Assembly: GCA_965248055.1 (NCBI GenBank)
Contig: CBDFIJ010000004.1
Coordinates: 1,856,001 to 1,920,000 of the forward strand
Source of the DNA: Candidatus Multivoradales bacterium
GTDB taxonomy: Bacteria; Acidobacteriota; Thermoanaerobaculia; Multivoradales; JAHEKO01
DNA length: 64,000 nt
Direction of reading: 5' to 3'
Numbering within the stretch: position 1 is the stretch's first letter; the number at the start of each line of letters is the position of its first letter. Under the pieces are notes generated by a model, which saw only the letters and a program-made list of their open reading frames with translations, was not told where the DNA came from and made no database searches. The translations under genes were made by a program, and so were the position numbers. Positions 29,942-40,274 of the stretch are shown here, one piece after another.

Positions 29942-31594
29942 ATGCAAATCAAAACCACATTCTGTCTCCTTCCATTACTCATCTCTGCCTGTGATTCCGC
30001 TCCTCAGGAGGAAGCTGTGATGAACGATCCAGTTGACACTCTGGTGGCGCAATACGCGCCCACGGACTTGGTGGCTGACGCTGCCGCCTTACCTGAGGGC
30101 GAACGCGCGGTGCTGGTCGAGATTCTCAAGGCTTCAGCATTGATAGATGAAATTTTCCTGCGCCAAGCGGCCGGAGACCAACCAGCTCTGCAAGCAGAAG
30201 CTGCGGATGCTGGGGATGCGACCGCCAACTACTACCGAATTAACTTTGGACCCTGGGACCGCCTGGCCGAGTACCAGCCGTTTTTGGGCGATCTACCCCA
30301 CCCTGATGGTGCCGGCTACTACCCAACCGACATGACCAAGGAAGAGTTTGAAGGTTGGATTAAAGCCCACCCCGAGGACACGGATGCCTTTCGCTCTCTG
30401 ACCACGGTGATTCGTCGCCAGGACGATGCCTTGGTGGCCATCCCCTACTCCGAGCACTACGCCCAATGGCTTGAGCCAGCAGCGGCGCATCTCAAGAATG
30501 CCGCAATGCTGACTGAGAATAGATCGTTGGCCCGCTTCCTCAATAGCCGGGCTGACGCCTTCTTGAATGACGACTACTACCAAAGTGACATCGATTGGAT
30601 GGATCTCGACGCCCCAGTCGAGGTCACCATCGGTCCCTATGAGGTTTACGAAGATAGTTTATTTGGTTACAAGGCAGCCTTTGTTTCGTTTGTCACGCTC
30701 GACATTCCACAAGAGTCAGCGGCCTTGGCTCGCTACAAAGACCGGCTCCCTTGGCTGGAGCGCAACTTGCCGATCGAGGATCAGTACAAGAACTTCGATC
30801 GCGGCACCGAAAGCCCGATCCGGGTAGTGGATGAAGTTTTTGTCGGTGGCGATTCCAAAGCTGGTATCCAAACCTTGGCTTTCAATCTGCCCAACGACGA
30901 ACGGGTGCGCGAAGCGAAGGGCTCCAAGAAGGTCATGCTGCGCAACGTACTGCAAGCCAAATTCAAGCGCACCCTGACCCCGATCGCTAAGAAGTTGTTA
31001 GCCCCGAAAGACCTGGCTGGAGTGCAATTCAGCGCTTTCTTCAACCAAACCCTGCACCATGAATTGAGCCACGGTCTGGGCCCAGGTGTGATCGAAGTTG
31101 ACGGCAAAGAGATTGAAGTGCGCATGGCGCTACAGGATCTCTACTCAACGATGGAAGAAGCCAAGGCCGACGTCATGGGGGTTTACAACATCCTGGCTTT
31201 GATTGAAGAAGGTGAGATCGACGCCTCCGAGCGGCCGTTTGTCGAACCCACCTATGTCGCTGGATTGTTCCGCTCGGCGCGCTTCGGCCTGCACGAAGCT
31301 CACGGCCGGGGCACCGTTGCCCAGTTCAACTACCTACTGGAAAAGGGTGCTTTGGTGATCGATGACGAAGGTCGTTTTGCCACCGTCGCCGACCTCTTCC
31401 CGAGAGCCATCAGCGACCTGCTGCACGAGATGTTGATGCTCCAGGCGATGGGCGACTATGACACCACAGCAACATTTCTCGACCAGTACGGGGTTGCGAC
31501 GCCAGAGCTAGAGGCGGCGATCGCCAAGCTCGGCGACTTGCCAACCGACATCGTGCCGAACTACCCGACGGCAAGCGAACTGCTTTCCAGTTGA
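29942..31594 (+). CDS. M49 (dipeptidyl-peptidase III-like) Zn peptidase, lipoprotein
   Basis: LISAC lipobox, IGPYEVYED, AFNLPND, HELSHGLGP, EEAKAD. Confidence 0.85.
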   Translation: MQIKTTFCLLPLLISACDSAPQEEAVMNDPVDTLVAQYAPTDLVADAAALPEGERAVLVEILKASALIDEIFLRQAAGDQPALQAEAADAGDATANYYRINFGPWDRLAEYQPFLGDLPHPDGAGYYPTDMTKEEFEGWIKAHPEDTDAFRSLTTVIRRQDDALVAIPYSEHYAQWLEPAAAHLKNAAMLTENRSLARFLNSRADAFLNDDYYQSDIDWMDLDAPVEVTIGPYEVYEDSLFGYKAAFVSFVTLDIPQESAALARYKDRLPWLERNLPIEDQYKNFDRGTESPIRVVDEVFVGGDSKAGIQTLAFNLPNDERVREAKGSKKVMLRNVLQAKFKRTLTPIAKKLLAPKDLAGVQFSAFFNQTLHHELSHGLGPGVIEVDGKEIEVRMALQDLYSTMEEAKADVMGVYNILALIEEGEIDASERPFVEPTYVAGLFRSARFGLHEAHGRGTVAQFNYLLEKGALVIDDEGRFATVADLFPRAISDLLHEMLMLQAMGDYDTTATFLDQYGVATPELEAAIAKLGDLPTDIVPNYPTASELLSS

Positions 31595-31757
31595 CCCGCC
31601 GAACTGGCCGCCTAAGCTCAGGCGGTTCGCCGTTTCTAAATGGCCCAATTTAGGGCTTGATCCTGGCTTTCGGCCGACCCTGAGCGTCGCCTTGCTATGC
31701 TCTGGTTGCTGCACGCCCTGATCGTGTAGGCGAATCCATTCTACAAAGGAGGACGAA

Positions 31758-32048
31758 ATGGACATCATGACCCTATTGATTCAATTGCTCAGTGGTGCGG
31801 TCGGCGGCAACGTTGCTGGTGGCTTGCTCAAGAAGATGAGCTTAGGCACTCTCGGTAACTCGATCGTCGGCATTCTAGGCGGCGGATTGGGTGGCCAGAT
31901 TCTTGGGATGTTGGGCGCCGGCGGAGCCGCGTCCGGCGGCATGGATATCGGTTCGATTATTTCCAGTATCGCCGGTGGCGGTGTTGGCGGTGGCGTTTTG
32001 CTCGCAATTATCGGCCTCATCAAGTCGATGATGGCTGGCAACAAGTAG
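31758..32048 (+). CDS. Small glycine-zipper membrane protein
   Basis: AAGGAGG RBS; SGAVGGNVAG..GGGLGGQIL..GGGVGGGVLL. Confidence 0.8.
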   Translation: MDIMTLLIQLLSGAVGGNVAGGLLKKMSLGTLGNSIVGILGGGLGGQILGMLGAGGAASGGMDIGSIISSIAGGGVGGGVLLAIIGLIKSMMAGNK

Positions 32049-32098
32049 CCTCGTAGCTACGGCAATCACGATTACCAAACCGCAAATTTTGACTCTTG

Positions 32099-32126
32099 GG
32101 TGGCGCTCTCCGTGGGGAGCGTCACC
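32099..32126. terminator. Hairpin between convergent genes
   Basis: GGTGGCGCTCTC-CGTG-GGGAGCGTCACC. Confidence 0.5.
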
Positions 32127-32250
32127 TTGGGTTCCCTATGTAGTGCGTCTAGGTGGCGCGTCTGGCGCTAGCGCTTCTCTTCCGACGTGGCCCTTTAATA
32201 CCTTTCGATTTGTTAGATCAGCGGTTCGCCTAACTCGGCTCGGTTCAGGA

Positions 32251-33120
32251 TCAAACCTTGAGCCGCTCGCGGTAGCCTTCGATTTCTTCTGCTGTCATCT
32301 CCTCACCTTCCGGGTACTCCAAGGGCAAAGACTCCAGAGTCTGGACGATGGTCTCGGCAACCACCATGCGCATATAGGGCTTGGAGTCGGCGGGGATTGC
32401 GTGCCAGGGCGCCCAGGGGCGGGAGGTGGCCGCAAGGGCTTCCTCAAACGCCGTCATGTACTGGTCCCAATGATCTCGTTCGTCGAGATCGCCAGCTGAA
32501 AATTTCCACTGCTTTTCAGGGTCGTCTAAGCGCGACAACAGCCGCTCGGCTTGTTTTTCCTTAGAAATATTTAGCCAAAATTTTAAGATAACCATCCCTG
32601 ACCGAGCTAGATGGCGTTCGTGCTCCAGGATTGACTGGTAGCGCTGCTGCCAAACGACATTGAGGTCTGTGGGGTAGGGCAGCTTCTGATACCCCAAGAT
32701 CCCCGGATGAACCCGCACCACTAATACCTCTTCGTAATAGCTGCGGTTGAAGATGCCGATGCGCCCGCGCTCGGGCAATTGTTTGGTCGTGCGCCACAGA
32801 AAATCGTGATCCAACTCTTCAGCAGAAGGTTTCTTGAAGGAGGACACTTGGCAACCAGCGGGGTCGACCCCACTCATGACAGCTCGAATGGTGCCATCCT
32901 TGCCCGCAGCATCCATCGCCTGGAATACCAGTAGAACGGAAAACTTATCCTGAGCGTAGAGCCGCCGTTGCAGGTGATGCAGTCGTTCAGTGAGTTGTTG
33001 TTGCCGTTTACGACACTCTTGCTTGCTCGGAGCATCTAGCGGCGGAACAGTGCCTACTTGGGCGCGATCAAACGCTCCGTCAAAGGGCACCAAGAAAGGA
33101 GAAGACAGCGCTTCAAACAT
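32251..33120 (-). CDS. ppk2: Polyphosphate kinase 2 family (class III-like)
   Basis: QAMDAAGKDGTIR, FNRSYYEEVL, WKFSAGD, PWHAIPADSK. Confidence 0.92.
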   Translation of the reverse strand: MFEALSSPFLVPFDGAFDRAQVGTVPPLDAPSKQECRKRQQQLTERLHHLQRRLYAQDKFSVLLVFQAMDAAGKDGTIRAVMSGVDPAGCQVSSFKKPSAEELDHDFLWRTTKQLPERGRIGIFNRSYYEEVLVVRVHPGILGYQKLPYPTDLNVVWQQRYQSILEHERHLARSGMVILKFWLNISKEKQAERLLSRLDDPEKQWKFSAGDLDERDHWDQYMTAFEEALAATSRPWAPWHAIPADSKPYMRMVVAETIVQTLESLPLEYPEGEEMTAEEIEGYRERLKV

Positions 33121-33123
33121 TCC

Positions 33124-33525
33124 CTAGAACTCCAACTGGGTATCTTCTGCAAGCACTTCCAATGACTCGATCCAGGCCATTCGCTCAGAGTCCAAATCGA
33201 TTGCAAGCTGGAGAGCGACTTTGTCCCCAGGCTGGATACCTTCTACTTCCACTCCTTCGCCCAAGGCGAAGTCCATCGTCATCGCCATCATCCCCACCGT
33301 CTCTCCATCAACATCGCGAAACTCCGGAATCGCCTCATGGCGGACTTGCAGGCTGTCTTCACCGACAAAACGGACGACTCCGCGCACTAGATAGATCGTG
33401 GGAGCATCCACGACCTGTTGCAGGGACTCATCGTTTGCACCCTGGTCCGCTTGACACCCGAGCATCGTCCAGCCAGCAAGCACAACCACTGCGGCTAATA
33501 TCGATCGTTTCCAATTCATTGTCAT
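33124..33525 (-). CDS. CusF-like copper-binding lipoprotein
   Basis: MLGC lipobox; HEAIP...MMAMTMDF...GDKV motif. Confidence 0.8.
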   Translation of the reverse strand: MTMNWKRSILAAVVVLAGWTMLGCQADQGANDESLQQVVDAPTIYLVRGVVRFVGEDSLQVRHEAIPEFRDVDGETVGMMAMTMDFALGEGVEVEGIQPGDKVALQLAIDLDSERMAWIESLEVLAEDTQLEF

Positions 33526-33569
33526 CGTCTGGGCACCTCTCGCTACGAAGGCAGCCTACCGCACGCTTG

Positions 33570-34313
33570 TCAACGCTTCTGATCAATCAAGGATCGAATT
33601 TCCTCTGGGGATAAGACCCGCCGCAACGCCTCGCGAATGGACAGCGGGCTCATCGCAGTAGCGTGCTGGCGAACGTACTGGATTACCCAATTGGGCTCGG
33701 TTTTGGCGAACTCGCGAAGCGCCCAACCGATCCCCTTGCGCAGAAAGAAATCTTGGTGTTCCAGAGAAGGTTCGATCCAGCGTTTGAGCAACCCCGGATC
33801 GGTATGTTGTTTAGATTTGAGTTGCGCCAGGATCGCCGTGCGCCGCAGCCAAAGATCATCGTCCATCGACCATTGATCGAGTATTGGGGTCATCGACTCC
33901 GGAAAGTGGCGCAGTAAGTGACCAATGCGCCAAGTGGCCAGTCGGTCTACCAAGTCCCACCAGGCGCCGGTGACAATCATCTCTTGGTACAGAGGCAGAA
34001 GTTCGAGGTCTTGATATTGCTTGAACCGGGGGTGGTCAGCCAAGTCCAAAGCCGCGTACAGCTCTTCGCGGTGGGTGGCGTTACGCCATAGGTCTTCCAC
34101 GGTCTCGCGCCACTCCACTTTTTCTTCCTGTTGAGACCCTTGTTTAGGCGTCGGCCAGTGCTTGGCAACCGCTTCCTTGATCAAGAGGCGCCGCTCGGGG
34201 GCGATCACCCCAAGAAAAGGCATCTCGGATTTCATGTAGGCCTGCATTTGTGGAGCCTTCTCGGCGTCCCCATGAGTCCGCAAGTTGGCCCTCAGTTGAT
34301 CGGCAATTCTCAT
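33570..34313 (-). CDS. DNA alkylation repair protein (AlkD-like)
   Basis: MQAYMKS, WWDLVD, LWLRR, FFLRKGIGWALRE. Confidence 0.88.
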   Translation of the reverse strand: MRIADQLRANLRTHGDAEKAPQMQAYMKSEMPFLGVIAPERRLLIKEAVAKHWPTPKQGSQQEEKVEWRETVEDLWRNATHREELYAALDLADHPRFKQYQDLELLPLYQEMIVTGAWWDLVDRLATWRIGHLLRHFPESMTPILDQWSMDDDLWLRRTAILAQLKSKQHTDPGLLKRWIEPSLEHQDFFLRKGIGWALREFAKTEPNWVIQYVRQHATAMSPLSIREALRRVLSPEEIRSLIDQKR

Positions 34314-35023
34314 CGCTCTCCAGCGGTCACTTCCAGCATCCAGGTGACGGCCGTTTGGCAAAGCTCAACGAGTACATCTTGATCGCTGCGACCGCTTCGC
34401 TTGAGAACCTGGAAGCCATGGTCGGCACTCTCGATCCGCTGAAGAGTCGCCGCCGACCCCAAATAATCAATCTTCGGTTGCATGAGCTCCAGGTCCGCCA
34501 AACGGTCCCGGGTTCCTTGGAGAAACAGCATCGGCACTGAAACTTCCGCCAGGTGACGCGCGCGATCCACTGCGGGCCGCCCAGCGGGATGCAAAGGAAA
34601 GCCGAAGAACACCAGGCCCCGTAAGGTCTCCGGTGTAGAGGGTTGAACCGCCAACCAACCGGAGGTCACGCGACCACCCAACGACTTGCCGCCGGCAAAG
34701 ATCGGCAGTCCGGGAAACTCCAGAAGCGCCCACTCGATCACCGCGCCCACCGTGGCCTGCAGAACTGATGGCGAGTCCGGACGCCCCCAGCGCTTGCCGC
34801 TTTCGGCAAGTCGCCGCATATAGGGAAACTGATAGCGAACAACAGTGATCGATCTCTCGACCAACCCTTCCGCCACACCCTGCATGAATGGATGCAGCAT
34901 GCCCGCACCGGCACCATGAGCGAACAAAAATACTGCAGCTGGCGGAGAAGCAGCGTCAACTTGCGCCTCAACCGTTTGCCTGCCTTGATCCCAAGTGATG
35001 TTTAACTTCGACGACACCCCCAT
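34310..35023 (-). CDS. Alpha/beta hydrolase (KANL3/Tex30-like)
   Basis: AHGAGAGM, GGKSLGGR, FPLHP, QGTRD, ADHGF. Confidence 0.88.
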   Translation of the reverse strand: MGVSSKLNITWDQGRQTVEAQVDAASPPAAVFLFAHGAGAGMLHPFMQGVAEGLVERSITVVRYQFPYMRRLAESGKRWGRPDSPSVLQATVGAVIEWALLEFPGLPIFAGGKSLGGRVTSGWLAVQPSTPETLRGLVFFGFPLHPAGRPAVDRARHLAEVSVPMLFLQGTRDRLADLELMQPKIDYLGSAATLQRIESADHGFQVLKRSGRSDQDVLVELCQTAVTWMLEVTAGER

Positions 35024-35075
35024 AAGATACCGGCAACCGGGCTAGTCTGCACAAAGCGATCACCCGATTGAAACC

Positions 35076-35750
35076 ATGTCCATCAACGAAGGCGTCATCC
35101 AGTTCGAACTTTCTCATACCGGAGTGGCAATCGATGCGCACGCGGTTAACCAAGTCTTCTGCCAGCTGGTTGCTTGGCGAGAGATCTTGGCTCGCAGCCA
35201 ACTGGTCGGCCAGGATCCAACCCTGTACCAGGGGTTTGGTTACGGCAACGCCAGTGTCCGTGTCGGTCGTCGTAGCAGCGGGCGGGGAAGGCGGAGCTTC
35301 TTGATCACCGGAACCCAGACTTCAGGCAAGGACCACCTGAAACTCTCCGACTGCGCCGTCGTGGACAGTTACAACACCCGGGCCAACCAAGTCGCAAGTC
35401 ATGGTCGTGCCGAACCGTCTTCGGAGGCGCTTAGCCACGCCGCGATCTATGACCTGGGACCCCACATTCAAGCGGTTCTGCATGCTCACTCTCCAACCAT
35501 CTGGAATACGGCTGTGAAATTGCGCATCCCGATCACTGACCCTACGGCCACTTACGGCACTCCGGCCATGGCCCAAGCTATCGCCTCCTGCTACCAGCAA
35601 GGGCTGTTTGCCGAACGTCAGATCCTCGCCATGGGCGGCCACCAAGACGGCATCCTTGCCTTTGGTCGCACCGTTGAGGAAGCGGGGATGGTGTTGATCA
35701 AGTGGTTGGGGAGAGCGTACGAAGGGCTGTGCGTGATCCCCGTCACATAG
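35076..35750 (+). CDS. Class II aldolase/adducin-family protein
   Basis: GYGNAS, PSSEALSHAAIY, HAHS, GHQDG. Confidence 0.85.
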   Translation: MSINEGVIQFELSHTGVAIDAHAVNQVFCQLVAWREILARSQLVGQDPTLYQGFGYGNASVRVGRRSSGRGRRSFLITGTQTSGKDHLKLSDCAVVDSYNTRANQVASHGRAEPSSEALSHAAIYDLGPHIQAVLHAHSPTIWNTAVKLRIPITDPTATYGTPAMAQAIASCYQQGLFAERQILAMGGHQDGILAFGRTVEEAGMVLIKWLGRAYEGLCVIPVT

Positions 35751-35833
35751 AATTTTCGTTCAGATCAACAATACTCGCCCCATTCAAAAAGCGTCCCTCT
35801 AGCAAAGAAGGGTCCTTAGGCAAAGGAGGCCTG

Positions 35834-36040
35834 ATGAACGATTCTCAAAGAGTGTCTATTGGTTTCGCCCCACGAAGAATCTTGTTGTTGATGTTTGTTC
35901 TACTCAGTTTCGCCAAAGCGACATCAGCCCTGCCACCAAGCGGTTGCCGCTTGTACACCAATTCCCGCGCCGCGGTCATCGAAGACTACTTCGTCTGTGC
36001 TTACACCGGCGACGGGTGCATGTACTGCTGGGATATTTAG
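35834..36040 (+). CDS. Small secreted 4-Cys peptide (68 aa)
   Basis: AAGGAGG RBS; signal peptide ending ATSA; mature LPPSGCRLY...VCAYTGDGCMYCWDI. Confidence 0.65.
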   Translation: MNDSQRVSIGFAPRRILLLMFVLLSFAKATSALPPSGCRLYTNSRAAVIEDYFVCAYTGDGCMYCWDI

Positions 36041-36060
36041 CACCGCCTTCGTTCACGGCG

Positions 36061-37182
36061 GTGACTTTCTTGCGCAAGCTACTGCTTGCTACTGCACTCC
36101 TGTGGTTGGTTCCTTATAGGGCTAGCAGTGAGGCACCTGGTTTCTTGGTCGTTCGACAGTCCGGGCCCGTTGCGTCGGAGGTTCGTGCCCGTGACATTCG
36201 CTTCGGCGATGGCGAAAAAGTCATGGTGGCTACGGTTGAAGGCAACGTTGACCACCTGGTGACAGTAAACGGAACTTGGACAACCGACCATCAAGAAGGC
36301 CAGGTTTGGGTCGGCTGGCACTTGGCTACCCACAAGAAGACGATGGCCCTGGGCTCACCCTTGCGGGAAATAGGTGTTCGGTCTGAAGCCAACGGCTGGT
36401 CGAGCTTTGCTCTCTTTGAGGCGATCGAGGATATCGACGTCCACCAAAATACCCTAGCTGTATTGGGCATGCAGTTGTCGGAGGTCGATCAAGACACCGG
36501 TGCTGCGTCTGTCGATGGGGCGATTTCCTGGACCTTAGACCTGGACGCCGTTCAGCAGCAAGCGACGCCCGGGAATGGCCCACCCTCTCAGAGCGATACA
36601 GCCCGAAAAGACAAAGGTCCAACTACTCCCATTTGGATTTCCCGCGACGGTGCCGGAGCTAGATCCATGAACAGTTGCACTACCGGTCGATTGGGGTCGT
36701 TACGCTTTCTCGCCAACGGCACATTGGCTGTCGCCCCTGGTGTGGAACCCGGGGTTTCGTTGTTCGACCGAGAAGGCTCTCTAGTGCAGCGCTGGGACAC
36801 CACACTGGTTGGGGTGTCCGATTTCTGCCAAGATATGGACACTGCGGCGACCAATGCATTCTCCATTGACCAGCAAAATCGCGCCGAAACACTCAATCAG
36901 CACATCATCATTGACGACCTCATTGAGTGGCAAAACAAGCCGGCTTTGATTCTCCGAGCGATGAGCGGCGGTTTTCCGGTGTGGGGCTTGGTTGTTCTAG
37001 AGGACGACGGCTCCTTCCGTTCTCTACCGCTACCGATTGACCACGGATCAAGCTATTCACGCCTCAAGGCGGACTCTCGGTCTGAGCAACTGTTAATCCT
37101 CCGCTATGAACCTTTTCGCTCGTTAGTGGGTGAAAGTTTTGCGGAGGTCATCTTCTTCCTCAAACCCAGCGGCCAATCGTGA
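36061..37182 (+). CDS. Secreted hypothetical protein, beta-rich (propeller-like)
   Basis: GTG start gives the signal peptide MTFLRKLLLATALLWLV; beta-strand-rich body. Confidence 0.6.
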   Translation: MTFLRKLLLATALLWLVPYRASSEAPGFLVVRQSGPVASEVRARDIRFGDGEKVMVATVEGNVDHLVTVNGTWTTDHQEGQVWVGWHLATHKKTMALGSPLREIGVRSEANGWSSFALFEAIEDIDVHQNTLAVLGMQLSEVDQDTGAASVDGAISWTLDLDAVQQQATPGNGPPSQSDTARKDKGPTTPIWISRDGAGARSMNSCTTGRLGSLRFLANGTLAVAPGVEPGVSLFDREGSLVQRWDTTLVGVSDFCQDMDTAATNAFSIDQQNRAETLNQHIIIDDLIEWQNKPALILRAMSGGFPVWGLVVLEDDGSFRSLPLPIDHGSSYSRLKADSRSEQLLILRYEPFRSLVGESFAEVIFFLKPSGQS

Positions 37183-40133
37183 AACATCGAAGACTCAGCT
37201 CTCACTTCCGTTTGTTAATCGTTCTCTGGTTTGCCGGAGTGCTACCGATGACAGCCGGCAGCTTGTGCCAAAACGCTCTTGGTGAGTGGATCCAAGATTC
37301 CTGCGCCACGCCTCCGGTATGGGCATGGGGACTCCAAGACCCTCCAGCTCGATCCACGGTCGACCGATCGGCCGCAGCAACAACCCTGGAAATAACCGGA
37401 ACCAACTGTGGGGACTCTTTCGAAATCGTCAGTGCTCCACTTGAGATGTGGACCGAAGTGCCGGAGCAGCTTCTTCCCATATGGCCTGCCACGTCGTCAG
37501 CCTCTTCCCGAGTTCCAGTATCTTTGGGTGTTCCTTGGCGGGTGCGCGCGATCGGACCGCATGGTTCATCTTGGTGGTCGGACACAACCGATCGACCGAG
37601 TGTTGATTTGGTCTGCCAACCGGGCGCTGTCGAGACCTCGATCGGTCAGCAATTCACGCGGGTTAGCGTCAGAGCAGAACGCGACCAACCGATCCTGGCG
37701 TTCTGGGGTCCCCAAGATGGACTTCTCCAAGCGTCAATCCCGGAACGGAATCTAGTCTGGGTGTTTGACGGGCCTGAGACCGTAGCCATTGCAAATCAAG
37801 GGGCGCCTGCAGATATTTCCGCACCACGCGCTGTATCAGGACGGACAATTTCTGGCTCGGTTACAGATGGCTCTCGAAGCCCCGTGGATGGTGCTCTGGT
37901 TAGCTTGGAGAGCTTGACCGAGGGATCCCTAGCGGTGGCCGTTGAAAGCATGACCACCACCGACGAAGAGGGTCGGTTCGAGTTTCTCGGCGTGGCTACT
38001 ACTGGAGTGGTGGTCCGAGTCCAAGACGACAACAGGGTTCCGTCGGTAGAAAAGATCGCCCCAGGCAACGATCACGTTGCGCTTGATTTCAAGCTACTTT
38101 CGGGGAGGCCGTTACGGGTTCTAGTGAGCGATACTTCCGGGCAGCCTATTGAGGGTGCAGAGATACGAAGCGACATCGGTCATCTGGTGTATACCGAAGC
38201 CAGAGGTGTCGCTCACCTTGGGCTAGTACCGATAGATCAACGGGTAGATCTGTCAGTGAGCGCCGAAGGGTTTCAAGAGATACGCCATTCCACTGATTCC
38301 TCAGATTCAGAGATCGTTCAAGTTACGTTGGCGGAACCTTCTACGGTTACCGGTTTAGTTCTGGATCAGGAATCCAGGCTTCCGGCCTCCGATGCCACCA
38401 TCACGATCATCAACGGTCACCAGTTCTCTAGATGGTCTAGCAATCGTGACGGTTCATTTGAAATACCTATCCCCTCCAACCAAGAAGTCTCTTTGGTTAT
38501 TAAGTCCAGTTCCACCGGTCCGACCAATCACTCGATTCCGCGCTTGAGCGAAGGGGACCAATATGACCTTGGCCCGGTCTACTTACCGACTGGGCTTGGC
38601 GCTACCGGACGCCTATTGAACCGCGAAGGCAGTCCGGTCTCTGGAGCAAAGGTATGGGCACTTAGGAAGAGTGAACTACCGCCTCTTTTCGCTTGGCATC
38701 AGGGGAATCTGGTCGAAACAAACAGTGGTCCAGACGGTCGATTTGAACTCTGGGGGCTAAGCGCCGAAGAAGCACCACTGCGGATAGAGGCCACCGGCTA
38801 CGCCCCACAGTTGACGCTTGCCACTCCCTCTGAAACAACCCGGTTCGATGATCTCGGGGATCTAACATTGGATCATGGAGCAGAGTTGATCATTCAAACC
38901 GCCCACGAAAATGGGCGTGTAGTCGTGGATCCGTTCGGTTTCGGTTTTGAATTCGACCTCCGGAAATCCGAGGTCGAGAATGCATCAGCCACCCTACTTT
39001 CCATCCCTCTTGCCAAGATACAAGTTCAAGCGTTCAACAACCGCGGACAATTGACCTGCGAGACAACTGTGCAGGTAGACGAGCGGAAATCCGAATTCGA
39101 TTGCCGTGATGCGGGGGTTCTTGTCGAAGGCACCGTGTCGTTGAACAACCAACCCGGCCAAGACGGCGAGATAGTTTTCTCACGAGTGGCCAAAGGGCCC
39201 AGCTTGATTCTCACTTCGCAATCCACCTTCGGCGCGAAAAGCCAGAAAGTGGTTGGCGGAACCGTGACCGCTCCAACCGCACCGGTCGATTCCGGAGAGT
39301 TTTTGGGGGTCGTTCCTTCCCCGGGGCGTTGGTTGGCAACTTGGGTTTCAAAACAACGCTCCTGGGGTCCAATAGAAGTGGAGATCCCGGATGCAGCAAC
39401 CCATTTCGCTAGTTTGCACTTCGGCGGACTGGTTGTAGAAGGAAAAGTTGTTGACTCTCAAGGGGTACCCGCCAAGGCATTGGTGGAACTCGACGGCAAG
39501 GCTCAGGCCACCGATGACAACGGAGTTTTTCATTTCGAAGGGGTTCGGGCAGGTCTCCAAAAACTCAAAGCTCGAGATTGGAGTGATCCTCGACAGAGTC
39601 GTCAGATCTCACTTACCCTCACCGAACACAGTTATCCCAAGTATCAGTTGGTTGAGTTGACCGATGCTGGGCCAAAGATCGAAGTCGTGGCGGTCGCACC
39701 TGGGTCTACTGTCTTTCTTGAGACAAACGGGGGCTCCTACTACACCACCACCGCCAACACCCAAGGAGTAGCGAAATTCGATATTAGTGAGAATGACGGG
39801 CAGGTTCGAGCAACTTCTTGGCATCGAGGTATCTGGGCGATCGGCTCCTGGATGAACTTAGAACAAGCCTCTGAGCAGGGACTTTTGGTGCACCGTAAGC
39901 CGGTAGGTACCATCATTGTCCGGGGCGATGAACCCGATCCAGTTTCCATTCAACTCGGTGATTGGGCCTACGCAGATTTCGCCAGCCGCTTGGGGCTCCC
40001 TACCACCCTGCACCGCGGCACCCTGCAAGCAAGGGGCTTACCCGAGGGTACTTGGAAAATCCTCGAACAAGCACGGCTGATTGATCAAGTAACTTTGACC
40101 TCGGGGGACATCCTAGAGGTCGACTTGAATTAG
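37179..40133 (+). CDS. Large secreted protein with repeated carboxypeptidase-regulatory-like (Cna-B/Ig-like) domains
   Basis: Repeated G-x-V-x-D..G-x-P-V/I-x-GA..TDxxGxF units; GTGA overlap. Confidence 0.75.
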   Translation: MKHRRLSSHFRLLIVLWFAGVLPMTAGSLCQNALGEWIQDSCATPPVWAWGLQDPPARSTVDRSAAATTLEITGTNCGDSFEIVSAPLEMWTEVPEQLLPIWPATSSASSRVPVSLGVPWRVRAIGPHGSSWWSDTTDRPSVDLVCQPGAVETSIGQQFTRVSVRAERDQPILAFWGPQDGLLQASIPERNLVWVFDGPETVAIANQGAPADISAPRAVSGRTISGSVTDGSRSPVDGALVSLESLTEGSLAVAVESMTTTDEEGRFEFLGVATTGVVVRVQDDNRVPSVEKIAPGNDHVALDFKLLSGRPLRVLVSDTSGQPIEGAEIRSDIGHLVYTEARGVAHLGLVPIDQRVDLSVSAEGFQEIRHSTDSSDSEIVQVTLAEPSTVTGLVLDQESRLPASDATITIINGHQFSRWSSNRDGSFEIPIPSNQEVSLVIKSSSTGPTNHSIPRLSEGDQYDLGPVYLPTGLGATGRLLNREGSPVSGAKVWALRKSELPPLFAWHQGNLVETNSGPDGRFELWGLSAEEAPLRIEATGYAPQLTLATPSETTRFDDLGDLTLDHGAELIIQTAHENGRVVVDPFGFGFEFDLRKSEVENASATLLSIPLAKIQVQAFNNRGQLTCETTVQVDERKSEFDCRDAGVLVEGTVSLNNQPGQDGEIVFSRVAKGPSLILTSQSTFGAKSQKVVGGTVTAPTAPVDSGEFLGVVPSPGRWLATWVSKQRSWGPIEVEIPDAATHFASLHFGGLVVEGKVVDSQGVPAKALVELDGKAQATDDNGVFHFEGVRAGLQKLKARDWSDPRQSRQISLTLTEHSYPKYQLVELTDAGPKIEVVAVAPGSTVFLETNGGSYYTTTANTQGVAKFDISENDGQVRATSWHRGIWAIGSWMNLEQASEQGLLVHRKPVGTIIVRGDEPDPVSIQLGDWAYADFASRLGLPTTLHRGTLQARGLPEGTWKILEQARLIDQVTLTSGDILEVDLN

Positions 40134-40202
40134 GGCCAAGAAGGCAGTTCCAAAATCTACTCGTAGAGAAGCGTACTCAATAGAAAGCTCTGCATTGGCT
40201 GC

Positions 40203-40229
40203 TAACACTTTCCTCTTCACTCCGTTGTA
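40203..40229 (+). promoter_or_regulatory. Possible ECF sigma promoter
   Basis: TAAC-N16-CGTTGTA upstream of the ECF-containing operon. Confidence 0.4.
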
Positions 40230-40274
40230 CTAGATAGCGGAAGGACGTTTCCGCGGTCTACTAAAGGAGCTGAT

